From the IMG/VR virus record IMGVR_UViG_3300048575_000428, positions 1 to 53,267 of that record: 53,267 nt of DNA; one strand, given 5' to 3'. The stretch is from a virus. Its lineage: Duplodnaviria > Caudoviricetes. Positions 35,168 to 43,761 of the stretch are shown piece by piece (position 1 is the first letter of the stretch; each line of letters begins with the position of its first letter). A program made the translations under genes and the position numbers. The notes below the pieces were generated by a model that saw nothing but the letters and a program-made list of their open reading frames with translations, did not search any database and was not told the origin of the DNA.

Positions 35168-37698
35168 GCCGCCCGCTCCTCTTCCGCCGCCAGCAGGTCG
35201 AACAGCGTCGGCACCGCGATCTCGCGCGCCATGGCTTCGACCCAGCGACAGCCGTCGACGAAGTAACCGGGGTTCAGTTCGCACCCCACGCCGAAGCGAC
35301 CGTGCTTGACCGCCAGATAGGGCACCGTCATCAGGCCGCCGAACGGGTCGTAGACCACCTCGCCCGGCTCGGAGCGCTGCAGCATGACGCGCTCGACGAT
35401 GTCGAATGGCAGCGGGCAGAGGTGCTTTTCCGCCCCCTTCGCCGCCTGCATCGTGTTGAGCGAGCGCATCTGCGCGATGTCGGTCCACACGTCCGGGTGC
35501 CAGGAATGCACCGGCAACAGCGCAAAATCCGGCGGCAGTTGGCCAACGATCTCGCGCGCCTCGCCGATCTTGACGTGGTGCTCCAGGTCGTAGACGGCCT
35601 GAAGGTTGAACCGCTTCCACATGCGATAGGCGATGTCCGCGTCGACGCCGACGAGGGCGTCGGGCTCAAGCAACCGATCGCCCGACGAGCGCCAGAAGCC
35701 CGCCGCATCGAGCTGCCAGCGGGCGCGGGTGTACGTGGCCTTGTCCTTGGCCACCGGCGCATCGGCATAGCCGTTGGTCGCGTCGGTCACCGGCTTGCGG
35801 AACACGAGAACGTATTCCGGCATGCCGTTGCCCATGCGCGTGCCGTCCTTGCACTGCTCGGACCAGCCGAGGCGATAGGTCTGGGCGTTCTCGCGCACGA
35901 CGTCGGTGACGTTCGTGATCCGCGACAGGAACGCCCAGCCGTGCCGGCGGAAATGCGCCACGCACTCGTCGGAGAACGGCGCCACCGTCTGGAAGCCGAG
36001 TCCTGTCAGCCCGCCGGGCACGATCCGGTCCTTGACATGCACCACGGCGCAGCGGCCGGGCTTCACCACCCGCAGCAGCTCCGGCGTCAGGAAGTCCATC
36101 TGGCGCCAAAAGTGTTCGTTGTCGTCGGTGTGGCCGAAGTCGTTGAAACTCGGCGTGTACTCGTACTGCGTCGAGAACGGGATCGAGGTGACGACCAGAT
36201 CGACCGAGTTGTCGGGCATGGCCCGCGTCTCCTCGACGCAGTCATTGTTGATGAGGCGATAGCGCTCGCCGGACACCTCGACCCGCTCGACGCCGAGGGA
36301 GCGCGTCAGCGTCTCGGCCATGGCGGCGTGGCTGAGGCCGTATTCCCGCATAATCCGCGTCATGTTCTCGGCAAGCTCCCTGTGGCGGCTCCACTTCGCC
36401 TCGAGGTCGCGGCGCACCTTCTGCTCGGCCTCGGTGTAGATGAGGTCGATCCGGACCCGGAACCGCTGGCCGAAGCGCTGGATGCGGTGGATGGCCTGAA
36501 TGAAGTCGTTGAACTTGAAGCCGATGCCGAGGAACACGGCCCAGCTGCAGTGCCGCTGGAAATTGCAGCCGGAGCCGGCGATGACCGGCTTCGCCGCCAG
36601 CTCCGCGAACTGGCCATCGGAGAAGCTGACGATGGTCGCCTCGCGGACGTCGAGATCCTGGCTGCCGTAGACCGAGCGCGCCGACGGGATCGCCGCCTCG
36701 ATCGCCCGGCGCTCATCCTCGAGGTCGTGCCAGATGATGCGATGCGCCGTCGGGTCTTCGGCCCTGATCGCCATCAGCCGATCGATGCGGGCGGCGAGGC
36801 TGCGGCGCTTCTCCTTCGCCGCGTCGACGACACCGATCGCGGCTTCCGTGAAGAGCCGCCCCTGCCCCGACTTCTCCTCGCCGGCGGCGGAATAGTCCGA
36901 GGCGATCTCGTGCCAGCGGATGTCGATCTCCGGCAGGATGTAGCCGTCGTCGGAAAAGCCGAGATCGCTCGGCCGCTGGATGTAGAGCGCCCAGCTCGCC
37001 ACCCACAGCCAGAACTCGCGCTCCTTGTGCGGATGCAGCGTCAGCTCGTCGGCGGCTTCCGAATTGCGCTTGAAGAACCGGGTCTTGGCCTCGCCGACGT
37101 CCATGACGCCCAGGAAGGCGGCATAGGCGAGCAGCTCAATGAACTCGTTGGGCGACGGCGTCGCGGTCGCGACGAAGCGATAGGGCACGGACTCGAAGAC
37201 CCGCATGAACTCGCGGAAGGTCTTGGTGCCGCCGAAGCCGCGCAGACACGAGGCCTCGTCGAGCGAGACGCCGACGAAGGCGGAGGCGTCGATCTTGCCG
37301 TCGCGCGCCGTCTCGTAGTTGGTCAGGTGGATGACGCCGGGCTCCAGCTCCGCCATGGAGCGGATGAATTTCAGCCGCACGGCATAGGCGCCGGTGAAGC
37401 GCAGCGCCGCCTCGATCATGAATTCCTGGCGCACGCCGAGCGGCAGCACGATCAGCGCGGCCTCGCCCGGATGGCGGGCGAGGATCAGCCGCAGCGCCTC
37501 GATCTGCATCCAGGTCTTGTGCAGGCCGAATTGCGCGAACAGCGCCCGCCGGCCGCCCTGCAACATCCACGGCACGATGGCGCGGCAATGCGGCTTGCCG
37601 CTCGGATTGACGTCGGCGGGGTCGACCGCGAAGCCGCGCTCGGGCGCCAGCCGGATCTTCGCCTTCAGGAAGTCGAGGTAGTCGGGCTGGGCGGTCAT
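35164..37698 (-). CDS. SNF2-like helicase fused to an N6A/N4C DNA methyltransferase
   Basis: FGLHKT, LDEAS, TATP, QAIHRIQRFGQ helicase motifs; TSIPF and DPFGG methylase motifs (beta order). Confidence 0.9.
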   Translation of the reverse strand: MTAQPDYLDFLKAKIRLAPERGFAVDPADVNPSGKPHCRAIVPWMLQGGRRALFAQFGLHKTWMQIEALRLILARHPGEAALIVLPLGVRQEFMIEAALRFTGAYAVRLKFIRSMAELEPGVIHLTNYETARDGKIDASAFVGVSLDEASCLRGFGGTKTFREFMRVFESVPYRFVATATPSPNEFIELLAYAAFLGVMDVGEAKTRFFKRNSEAADELTLHPHKEREFWLWVASWALYIQRPSDLGFSDDGYILPEIDIRWHEIASDYSAAGEEKSGQGRLFTEAAIGVVDAAKEKRRSLAARIDRLMAIRAEDPTAHRIIWHDLEDERRAIEAAIPSARSVYGSQDLDVREATIVSFSDGQFAELAAKPVIAGSGCNFQRHCSWAVFLGIGFKFNDFIQAIHRIQRFGQRFRVRIDLIYTEAEQKVRRDLEAKWSRHRELAENMTRIMREYGLSHAAMAETLTRSLGVERVEVSGERYRLINNDCVEETRAMPDNSVDLVVTSIPFSTQYEYTPSFNDFGHTDDNEHFWRQMDFLTPELLRVVKPGRCAVVHVKDRIVPGGLTGLGFQTVAPFSDECVAHFRRHGWAFLSRITNVTDVVRENAQTYRLGWSEQCKDGTRMGNGMPEYVLVFRKPVTDATNGYADAPVAKDKATYTRARWQLDAAGFWRSSGDRLLEPDALVGVDADIAYRMWKRFNLQAVYDLEHHVKIGEAREIVGQLPPDFALLPVHSWHPDVWTDIAQMRSLNTMQAAKGAEKHLCPLPFDIVERVMLQRSEPGEVVYDPFGGLMTVPYLAVKHGRFGVGCELNPGYFVDGCRWVEAMAREIAVPTLFDLLAAEEERAA

Positions 37699-38081
37699 GC
37701 CGCTTCCCCCGCGTCGGCGTCGAGATCGGCGCCCGTCGCTTGCAGCCACGCGGCGGCGTGCATCCGCTGCCACGCGACGGCGTCGATGCCGGCGCGCTCG
37801 GCCGCGATCAGGGCGAGGCCTGGGCCGACGGCGACGCACCACGCATCGCCGATGACCACGATCCGCGACGACGCCACCAGCCAAGCGAACCCGCCGCCGC
37901 GCCGCGCCACCACCTCGGGGAACCGGTCGAAGTCGCCACCGATCACGTCGGACGCAAGGAGATCGTCGAGGATCGGCCATGGCAGGCTGCGCCGCGACCC
38001 GGCGACGAAGCGCACGGCGCGGCCTTCGTGCGGCACAGTCGCGACGATGCGCTCGGGGGCGATCGGGAGATCATGCATCAT
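37695..38081 (-). CDS. Hypothetical protein
   Basis: Overlaps both neighbours in the operon. Confidence 0.6.
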   Translation of the reverse strand: MMHDLPIAPERIVATVPHEGRAVRFVAGSRRSLPWPILDDLLASDVIGGDFDRFPEVVARRGGGFAWLVASSRIVVIGDAWCVAVGPGLALIAAERAGIDAVAWQRMHAAAWLQATGADLDADAGEAA

Positions 38082-39294
38082 CGCCCTTCCTTTCAGCCGA
38101 GGCCGGCCGGTAGCCGCGCAAGCCCAAATCGTTGAAGTCCCAGCCCTCCGGCGGCCAGGCGACGCGCTGCGTCCGACCGTGGCGGGCGTTGCGGGCGACG
38201 GCGCGGTCCATGACGATGCGCGTCGTGAACGGGTCGCTGTCGCCGTCGGCCAGCCAGGTCATGTCGATGACGCTGTCGGGCACCGGCATCGCCGGCTCGT
38301 CGAGGTCGGGCGTCGGGCCGGGCACCGAGCGGGCGCGGCCGAGCGCGCCCTTCAGCGTCGGGTGGCGGATGCGATCCGACGTGTCGGCGGGGCCGGCGAG
38401 GTTGCCCATGTCGACGCCCGACCACCACGCCGCGCCGTCGCGCAGGCGACCGGCGGCCTTCAGGCACGTCCAGACGAAGCCGACCGTCTCGATCCCCTCG
38501 CCGGCGTAGAGCAGGCGCGGCCGGGGCACGCGGATCAGCTCGATGCGGCCGCCCTTCTTCGAGCCGCGCACCTTCTTCGCCGGCAGCAGCTCGCCGGTGT
38601 CGGGGTCGAAGATCTCCGCCTTGCCCTTCGGCTTGGTCAGGTCGAGATAGGTGATGTGCAGCCCGCCGAAGTGATGGTCGGGGCGAAGGATCGGCGCCAG
38701 CATCGCCGGGCCGACATGGATGACGCGCGGCCGCTTCTTGCCGGGCTTGGCCGCATCCGGATCGTCCTCCTCGCCGTGGAAGTAGGAGAACGCCGGGGCG
38801 AAGCGCAGCCGCGCATGCCGCACGAACTCCGGGTCGATGTGCCGGATCTCGCAATAGCCCTCGATCGGCGAGCCGGTGCCCGGAAGCGCGCCCTGGTACG
38901 CCTGCCACAGCCGGCGCCGCTCCCACTCGCGGAACTTGTTGTCGTCGCGCGGCGCGGCTGCCGGCGCCGCCGGGCCCGGAGCGACGGACGCCGAGCCGCC
39001 GAGCCATTCGGCCGCGTCGACGAAGCTCAAGCCGAGCTTCCGCTGCACCAGCGCGATCGTGTCGCCGCCCTCGGAACAGGCCGCGCACATCCACGCGCTG
39101 TCCTTGACCTTCAGCTCGAAGCACGTCGCGGTCTTCGGGTGGCCGGAGCCGACGCCGCAGATCGGGCACGCCCCGATGAGCTTACCGCCGGAGCGCCTGA
39201 GCGGGCCGACGCCAAGGCGATCGGCGACCTTCGCGATATCGAGGCGCTTCAGCCGGTCGAGTTCGGCGGGCGAGAACCGCTTGGGCGCGCTCAT
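38071..39294 (-). CDS. DNA primase (Zn finger plus Toprim)
   Basis: CPIC...CAAC..GGD; GEGIET; ADGD; DFND. Confidence 0.88.
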   Translation of the reverse strand: MSAPKRFSPAELDRLKRLDIAKVADRLGVGPLRRSGGKLIGACPICGVGSGHPKTATCFELKVKDSAWMCAACSEGGDTIALVQRKLGLSFVDAAEWLGGSASVAPGPAAPAAAPRDDNKFREWERRRLWQAYQGALPGTGSPIEGYCEIRHIDPEFVRHARLRFAPAFSYFHGEEDDPDAAKPGKKRPRVIHVGPAMLAPILRPDHHFGGLHITYLDLTKPKGKAEIFDPDTGELLPAKKVRGSKKGGRIELIRVPRPRLLYAGEGIETVGFVWTCLKAAGRLRDGAAWWSGVDMGNLAGPADTSDRIRHPTLKGALGRARSVPGPTPDLDEPAMPVPDSVIDMTWLADGDSDPFTTRIVMDRAVARNARHGRTQRVAWPPEGWDFNDLGLRGYRPASAERKGDDA

Positions 39295-39301
39295 CTGCCC
39301 C

Positions 39302-39634
39302 TCACTTGCGCGTCGCGCAGTAGAGATAGAGGCTCGGGCCGAGCCGGATCTGGCTGAGCGCCACCCGGCCGGACGCCGCCAGCTCCATGGCCGTCTGGCG
39401 GTAGCGCCGGGCCATCAACTGCCACTCCTCGCCGGCGACGGCATTGTCGGGGCCGCAGTCGTAGGCGAGGTCGCCCACGTGGTAGACGACCCGGTCGCCC
39501 TTCGCGGCCGAGCGGTCGAGCCACTGCGCCATGCCTATGGGCCCGGCGAAGGGCTGGCGCGCCTCGAACAGCGCGCGGATCGCCTCGACCATCGGCGGCA
39601 GTTGGTCGCGGTCATGGGCGGCATAGTCGGCCAT
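39302..39634 (-). CDS. Hypothetical protein (MADYAAHD...)
   Basis: GGAGG RBS, TGATG coupling; 3' part of track ORF 39302..40870. Confidence 0.7.
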   Translation of the reverse strand: MADYAAHDRDQLPPMVEAIRALFEARQPFAGPIGMAQWLDRSAAKGDRVVYHVGDLAYDCGPDNAVAGEEWQLMARRYRQTAMELAASGRVALSQIRLGPSLYLYCATRK

Positions 39635-40350
39635 CACGCCACCTCGACCTGGCGCGCGGCGGCCGGCGCCGTCCGCTTGACCCACGGCTGGCCGGTACCC
39701 TTGGTGTAGATCAGCTTCAGGTGCGCCCGGCAGTAGTCCCGCGCCACCAGCCCCGCCCGCACGAGCATCACGGCCGCAGGCGCGCCGCAATAGCGCTGCC
39801 GCTGCCCGAACGGCGCGGCGGCGTCGTAAGTCGTCGGGCAGTGGCAATCCGCCATAGTCAGATCGTAGAGCGCGACATGGCGCGGCTCGGTCGACACGGG
39901 ATCGGCGAGCGCCGCGCCATCGATCGGCAGCGGCGGCAGCGAGACGCCCTTGCGCCACGACCCGGTGTTCACCGCTGCGACCTTCGGCGCGGCCGGCTTG
40001 CGCGTCGGCACCTCGTCGCGCCGCAACAGCCCCTCCTCGACCGCCATGTCGATCAGGCGCTTCGCCTGCGGGCCACCGATGCCAAGGCGCAGCCGCATGT
40101 CGTGCAGCGACACGCCGCCGCGAATGAGCGACACCAGCCGGTTGAAGCGCGGATCGTCGCGCGTGATCTTGTTCGACGGGCCGGACTTTTCCGCCACCTT
40201 GCCCTTGGCCTGGCGGTCCCGGTAGAGCACGCCGAGGACGGTGTTGCGCGAGATGCCGCCGATCTCCTTCAGGATTTCGGCGGTTGAGCGCCCGGCGGCC
40301 GCCAACGCCACGATGCGCTCGTTGCGCGCGGAGATCTCCATGCTGCTCAT
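39634..40350 (-). CDS. GcrA-family regulator
   Basis: N-terminal G.S..EI...IGGISRNTVLG..YR; C-terminal L.DLT...C..P...YCGAP...YCRAH...Y. Confidence 0.8.
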   Translation of the reverse strand: MSSMEISARNERIVALAAAGRSTAEILKEIGGISRNTVLGVLYRDRQAKGKVAEKSGPSNKITRDDPRFNRLVSLIRGGVSLHDMRLRLGIGGPQAKRLIDMAVEEGLLRRDEVPTRKPAAPKVAAVNTGSWRKGVSLPPLPIDGAALADPVSTEPRHVALYDLTMADCHCPTTYDAAAPFGQRQRYCGAPAAVMLVRAGLVARDYCRAHLKLIYTKGTGQPWVKRTAPAAARQVEVA

Positions 40351-40913
40351 CGTGCCCCCCTGGCCTGATCGAGAATGGCGCGCACGGCGCGGTAGGTGAG
40401 ACCGGACGCCCGGGCGAGGCTGCTTTCGCTCTCGCCGGCGAGGCCGCGGCGCTGGACATCGGCGACAACATCGGCCCCGGCCAGCCGCGGCTCGCGGCGA
40501 AGCGCGCTGTCGTCGCGCCAGGCCGGTGAGGCGCCATCGACGAGGCGATACCCCCGGCCATAGACGTTCTCGACGCCCAGGCTGAGGGGCGCGAGCGCAC
40601 GACGCAGCCGCACCGCGTAAACCGCGAAAATCTTGTCGTTGTCGGGACCGCCATCAGCGCGGGCGCCGTAGAGCGCGGCGAACAGCGCGTCGCACATAAC
40701 CGCTGCCGGGTGATGGCTGAGGAGGATGGAGAAGATCTGCACTTCCTGCGGCCTGAGCCGGGCGGCTCGGCCATGCCGGACGACGACGCCCGATGGCTCG
40801 TCGACCAGGATCTCAAGCGGATCGACCGGCGCGCCGCAGCACGGGCAGCGCGCGGGGCGATCCGCCTCATCTTCCGGCGGTGCCACGGCCGCGACCTTCA
40901 GCGCCAGCGCCAT
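40347..40913 (-). CDS. OmpR/CtrA-type winged-helix protein without receiver domain
   Basis: CPCCG then L..QE..I..IL, LYG, V...RLRRAL, VENVYGRGYRL. Confidence 0.8.
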   Translation of the reverse strand: MALALKVAAVAPPEDEADRPARCPCCGAPVDPLEILVDEPSGVVVRHGRAARLRPQEVQIFSILLSHHPAAVMCDALFAALYGARADGGPDNDKIFAVYAVRLRRALAPLSLGVENVYGRGYRLVDGASPAWRDDSALRREPRLAGADVVADVQRRGLAGESESSLARASGLTYRAVRAILDQARGAR

Positions 40914-40915
40914 GA

Positions 40916-41425
40916 TCAGCGCTCCCGGCCGGCGACGACGCGCGGCCCCTTGGCGGCGGCGAGGTCGTCGCGGAACGCGTCGATGGCGCGGGCGACCGTG
41001 CTCGCGGCGCGGTCGAGCACCTCGGCCTCGGCCGTCGTGACGTGGCCATCGGCGAAGGCGGCCGCCGCCGACGCCACCATCTCGCCGATCGACTGCAGCA
41101 CGCCGGCATGCCGGGCGATGATGTTCGTCGCCGAGCCACCGTCGCGGTCGCCATCGGCGAGGCGTCGGCCGTTGAGGTCCGCCATCACGGCGGTGATGAG
41201 CGGCTCGCCGCACTCGGCCTCGAGCGCCAGCGCGGCGGGAAGCGGGATCACGGCGGGGTCGCCGGTCGTCTGCCAGCGCGACACCTCGGTCTTCGAGGCG
41301 CGGGCGATCTCGCCGGCGCGGATGACACCGCCGCAGCGCGTCACGGCATCCCGCGTCGCCGCCTTGATACGGTAGAACCACGCATCGGAAATCGGGCTGG
41401 TGTCTGACGTGACGCTGTCGCGCAT
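40916..41425 (-). CDS. CII-like regulator
   Basis: After cro; HTH (AGEIARASKTEVSRW), LEAECGEPLIT, DGHVTTAE. Confidence 0.65.
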   Translation of the reverse strand: MRDSVTSDTSPISDAWFYRIKAATRDAVTRCGGVIRAGEIARASKTEVSRWQTTGDPAVIPLPAALALEAECGEPLITAVMADLNGRRLADGDRDGGSATNIIARHAGVLQSIGEMVASAAAAFADGHVTTAEAEVLDRAASTVARAIDAFRDDLAAAKGPRVVAGRER

Positions 41426-41446
41426 TTTCGCGGATCCGGGCAAGGG

Positions 41447-41491
41447 CTTCCCGTCACGGGAAAACGCCGAAGCGTTTCCCGTATTGGGAAG
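41447..41491. promoter_or_regulatory. Double TTCCC-N5-GGGAA element, also a long cUUCGg hairpin, upstream of cII
   Basis: Dyads at 41448-41462 and 41476-41490. Confidence 0.55.
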
Positions 41492-41571
41492 CGGAGCTGT
41501 GTGAGAAGTTCCGTTGCCTGAGGGGCGCGGACGCCCGTCAGGAGATCACGGGGGAAGCCGACGATGACGGA

Positions 41572-41898
41572 TCATGGAACGGCCTCGCGATGGACGGGGG
41601 AACCCGCCGCCGCGCCGGGCTGGGTCGGGGGCGCGGCGGCGGGCGCGGCGTCGACAGGGTGCGACGCCGAAGGGATGGGACGCGGAACAGCCTCAGGCCA
41701 GGCGGCGCCCTCGGGCCAGTGGTCCGAGAACCATTGCATGGCCGCCTCGAACCGGCGGGTGTTGAGATCCGCGCCATTGCTCAACGACGTGAGCTTCTGA
41801 CCGTCTCCGAACACGAGCTTCGACACACGGGACTCTGACAAGTGCCGAGCCCCGCCGTAGGCGGCCGCCGTGGTGAGGAGCTGAAGAACCATTCGCAT
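41572..41898 (-). CDS. Cro-like repressor
   Basis: Divergent from cI; S..VFGDG.KL..L..G.D...RRFE.AM.WFSDHWP. Confidence 0.8.
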   Translation of the reverse strand: MRMVLQLLTTAAAYGGARHLSESRVSKLVFGDGQKLTSLSNGADLNTRRFEAAMQWFSDHWPEGAAWPEAVPRPIPSASHPVDAAPAAAPPTQPGAAAGSPVHREAVP

Positions 41899-41904
41899 GG
41901 GGCG

Positions 41905-41982
41905 AGTATGGGATATCCATATCCCGTGTCAAGCTACATTTAGCGCTTCGCCCATGGGTCTACGAAAGGATAATGCTATCCC
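41905..41982. promoter_or_regulatory. Rightward operator/promoter region (OR-like)
   Basis: Operators GGGATA-N4-TATCCC at 41910-41925 and AGGATA-N4-TATCCC at 41967-41982; cro promoter TTGACA-N16-CATACT; GATAAT just before the cI ATG. Confidence 0.8.
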
Positions 41983-42624
41983 ATGAGCGAGATCGACAAG
42001 GCGCACGTCCTCCAGCGCATAGCGACGTGGCTCGAGGAAAACGACGTTGCCGAGAGCGTGCTGTCACAGCGCGCCGGCCGATCCACGTCCTACATCAAGA
42101 ACTTGCGCACGAAACCGAAGCAACGCGTGACCTTCGATTTCGTCGAGGCCGTCGCCCGCGCCATGGGCAAACCGTTCGAGTGGCTGGCCTATGGACACGA
42201 GCCGGCGATCGGATCGGCCGGCGACACCTCCGGTGCAATACCGATCATCGGCATCGTCGCCGGGTCGATCTCCGGCCGGCCGTCGCTCGCTTCGGCCATG
42301 GGCTTCATTCATCGCCCGCCGGCGCTCGCCTTGGCGCCGAACGCCTATGCGATGTACGTCAACGGCTCCAGCATGGTGCCGAAGTTCGATCACGGCGACC
42401 TGATCGTGGTCGACCCCGACCGAACGCCCAAGCCGGGCGACGCCGTCGTGTTGCAGCTGCGCACCTTCGACGGCGACCACATCGCCACATCCATCAAACT
42501 GCTGGTGTCGATTTCTGATACGGTTGTGACCGTGCATCAACTCAACCCGGCCGGCACGATCCAGCACGCCCGCAGCGCGGTCGCCGCGATCGACAAGGTT
42601 CTGAAGCTGGCCGAGATCCTCTAG
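41983..42624 (+). CDS. CI-like repressor (HTH plus S24 peptidase)
   Basis: N-terminal HTH; VAG cleavage site, GSSMVP catalytic Ser, IK catalytic Lys. Confidence 0.92.
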   Translation: MSEIDKAHVLQRIATWLEENDVAESVLSQRAGRSTSYIKNLRTKPKQRVTFDFVEAVARAMGKPFEWLAYGHEPAIGSAGDTSGAIPIIGIVAGSISGRPSLASAMGFIHRPPALALAPNAYAMYVNGSSMVPKFDHGDLIVVDPDRTPKPGDAVVLQLRTFDGDHIATSIKLLVSISDTVVTVHQLNPAGTIQHARSAVAAIDKVLKLAEIL

Positions 42625-42635
42625 GGGGAACGGCT

Positions 42636-43145
42636 ATGCGTCGCAGCACCGCGCTTTTTCTGTTCGGCCTCGCCGCGCTGGCGGTCTATCGCTATGGCGG
42701 GTTTGAGCCGGGATCGAGCGCCCAGATTGGTCAGGCGACGGTGACCCCAGGCTCCACGGGCGGCCGACTCGAGATCAACTTCGGCAATCAGGTTGGCTCG
42801 GTTCCCTTGATGGTCGTTGGCGTTGCGTCGAAGTACGGCGCGGCGGGCCTCGCCGAGAAATGGGCCTTCCATGATACGGCGCCGACCGTGCTGTGCGGCA
42901 AGACGTCCGTCGCCCTGGCGCTCGTCGGCAACCGGTACATTGCTCTCAACGGCAGGACGTCGGGCGAGCGCGCCCGCAGTCGGCTCTACGACGGCGCCGG
43001 CAATCTCCACAGCTTCATCGGCACCTCGGACAATCGCGGCCTGCGCAATGCCGGCCTGACTTCGCCCGGCGCCTCCGACATCGCGATCAACGAAACCACG
43101 GACTTCATGCTCCGCATGGCACTCGCTCAGCCGCGCTGCCAATAG
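42636..43145 (+). CDS. Exported protein, YebY/DUF2511-like, downstream of cI
   Basis: Signal/TM segment; KWAF....LC...YIALNG...terminal Cys pattern recalls YebY. Confidence 0.55.
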   Translation: MRRSTALFLFGLAALAVYRYGGFEPGSSAQIGQATVTPGSTGGRLEINFGNQVGSVPLMVVGVASKYGAAGLAEKWAFHDTAPTVLCGKTSVALALVGNRYIALNGRTSGERARSRLYDGAGNLHSFIGTSDNRGLRNAGLTSPGASDIAINETTDFMLRMALAQPRCQ

Positions 43146-43148
43146 ATC

Positions 43149-43201
43149 GGGATACGCATATCCCATTTAGCGCTTGACGGGATATTCGTATCCCGTATAG
43201 G
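43149..43201 (+). promoter_or_regulatory. OL/pL-like region
   Basis: Operators GGGATA-N4-TATCCC at 43149-43164 and 43179-43194; TTGACG at 43174 and TATAGG at 43196. Confidence 0.8.
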
Positions 43202-43240
43202 CTTCCGCTCCATTCTCACCTCGCACCGAGGATGGAGCTT

Positions 43241-43498
43241 ATGCACCCCCATCAAATCCATGGTCGCGCCGTAGGCCTGCCGGGGATGGCCATCGCCATC
43301 TCCGGCGCTTTTTCGGGTGACTTTGTCGCCGCGCTCCGCAGCTGGGCGTTGTCGCCTCGGCGCCGCTGGCAGGGCTGGCGCCCCGCGAAGTGGTGGCATC
43401 GCCGGATGCGGGCCAAGTCGCACGCCGTCGCGCCCATGCCCGCGCCGATCCGCCGCAGCGCGCGGCATCGCGCCACCCGCGACTGGCGGAGGGCGTGA
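43241..43498 (+). CDS. Arg/Trp-rich hypothetical protein, first gene of the pL operon
   Basis: GGAG RBS; TGATG coupling to the next gene. Confidence 0.55.
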   Translation: MHPHQIHGRAVGLPGMAIAISGAFSGDFVAALRSWALSPRRRWQGWRPAKWWHRRMRAKSHAVAPMPAPIRRSARHRATRDWRRA

Positions 43499-43761
43499 TG
43501 GGCAATGCACTCGAAGCCCAGCGTCACATGATGATGGCGGACCTCGCCCGTCTCGACGCGGCGCTGTGCGGCAAGCTCGGCGGCGACCGCCGCGCGATCG
43601 CGAACGATCCGCTCCACGCGAGCATCTCCGCGGCGACGGATATCGTTGAGGTCAGCAACAACATCGAGCGCATGCGCGCCGTCATGAAGACGCTGATCGA
43701 GCAGGCCGTTATGCGCGGCCTGCCGAGCCCACCCGCCGAATGGCGGAGGCCGCAGGCATGA
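43498..43761 (+). CDS. Hypothetical protein
   Basis: GGAGG RBS; coupled on both sides. Confidence 0.7.
   Translation: MGNALEAQRHMMMADLARLDAALCGKLGGDRRAIANDPLHASISAATDIVEVSNNIERMRAVMKTLIEQAVMRGLPSPPAEWRRPQA

Noticed and set aside
33281-37698. Restriction-modification or DISARM/BREX-type defence system
   Set aside because: No nuclease or other system components; orphan methylases in phage replication operons are common
35302-39357. 1351-aa plus-strand ORF and other long antisense ORFs
   Set aside because: Mirror frames of the helicase-methylase and primase genes; no RBS or domain motifs
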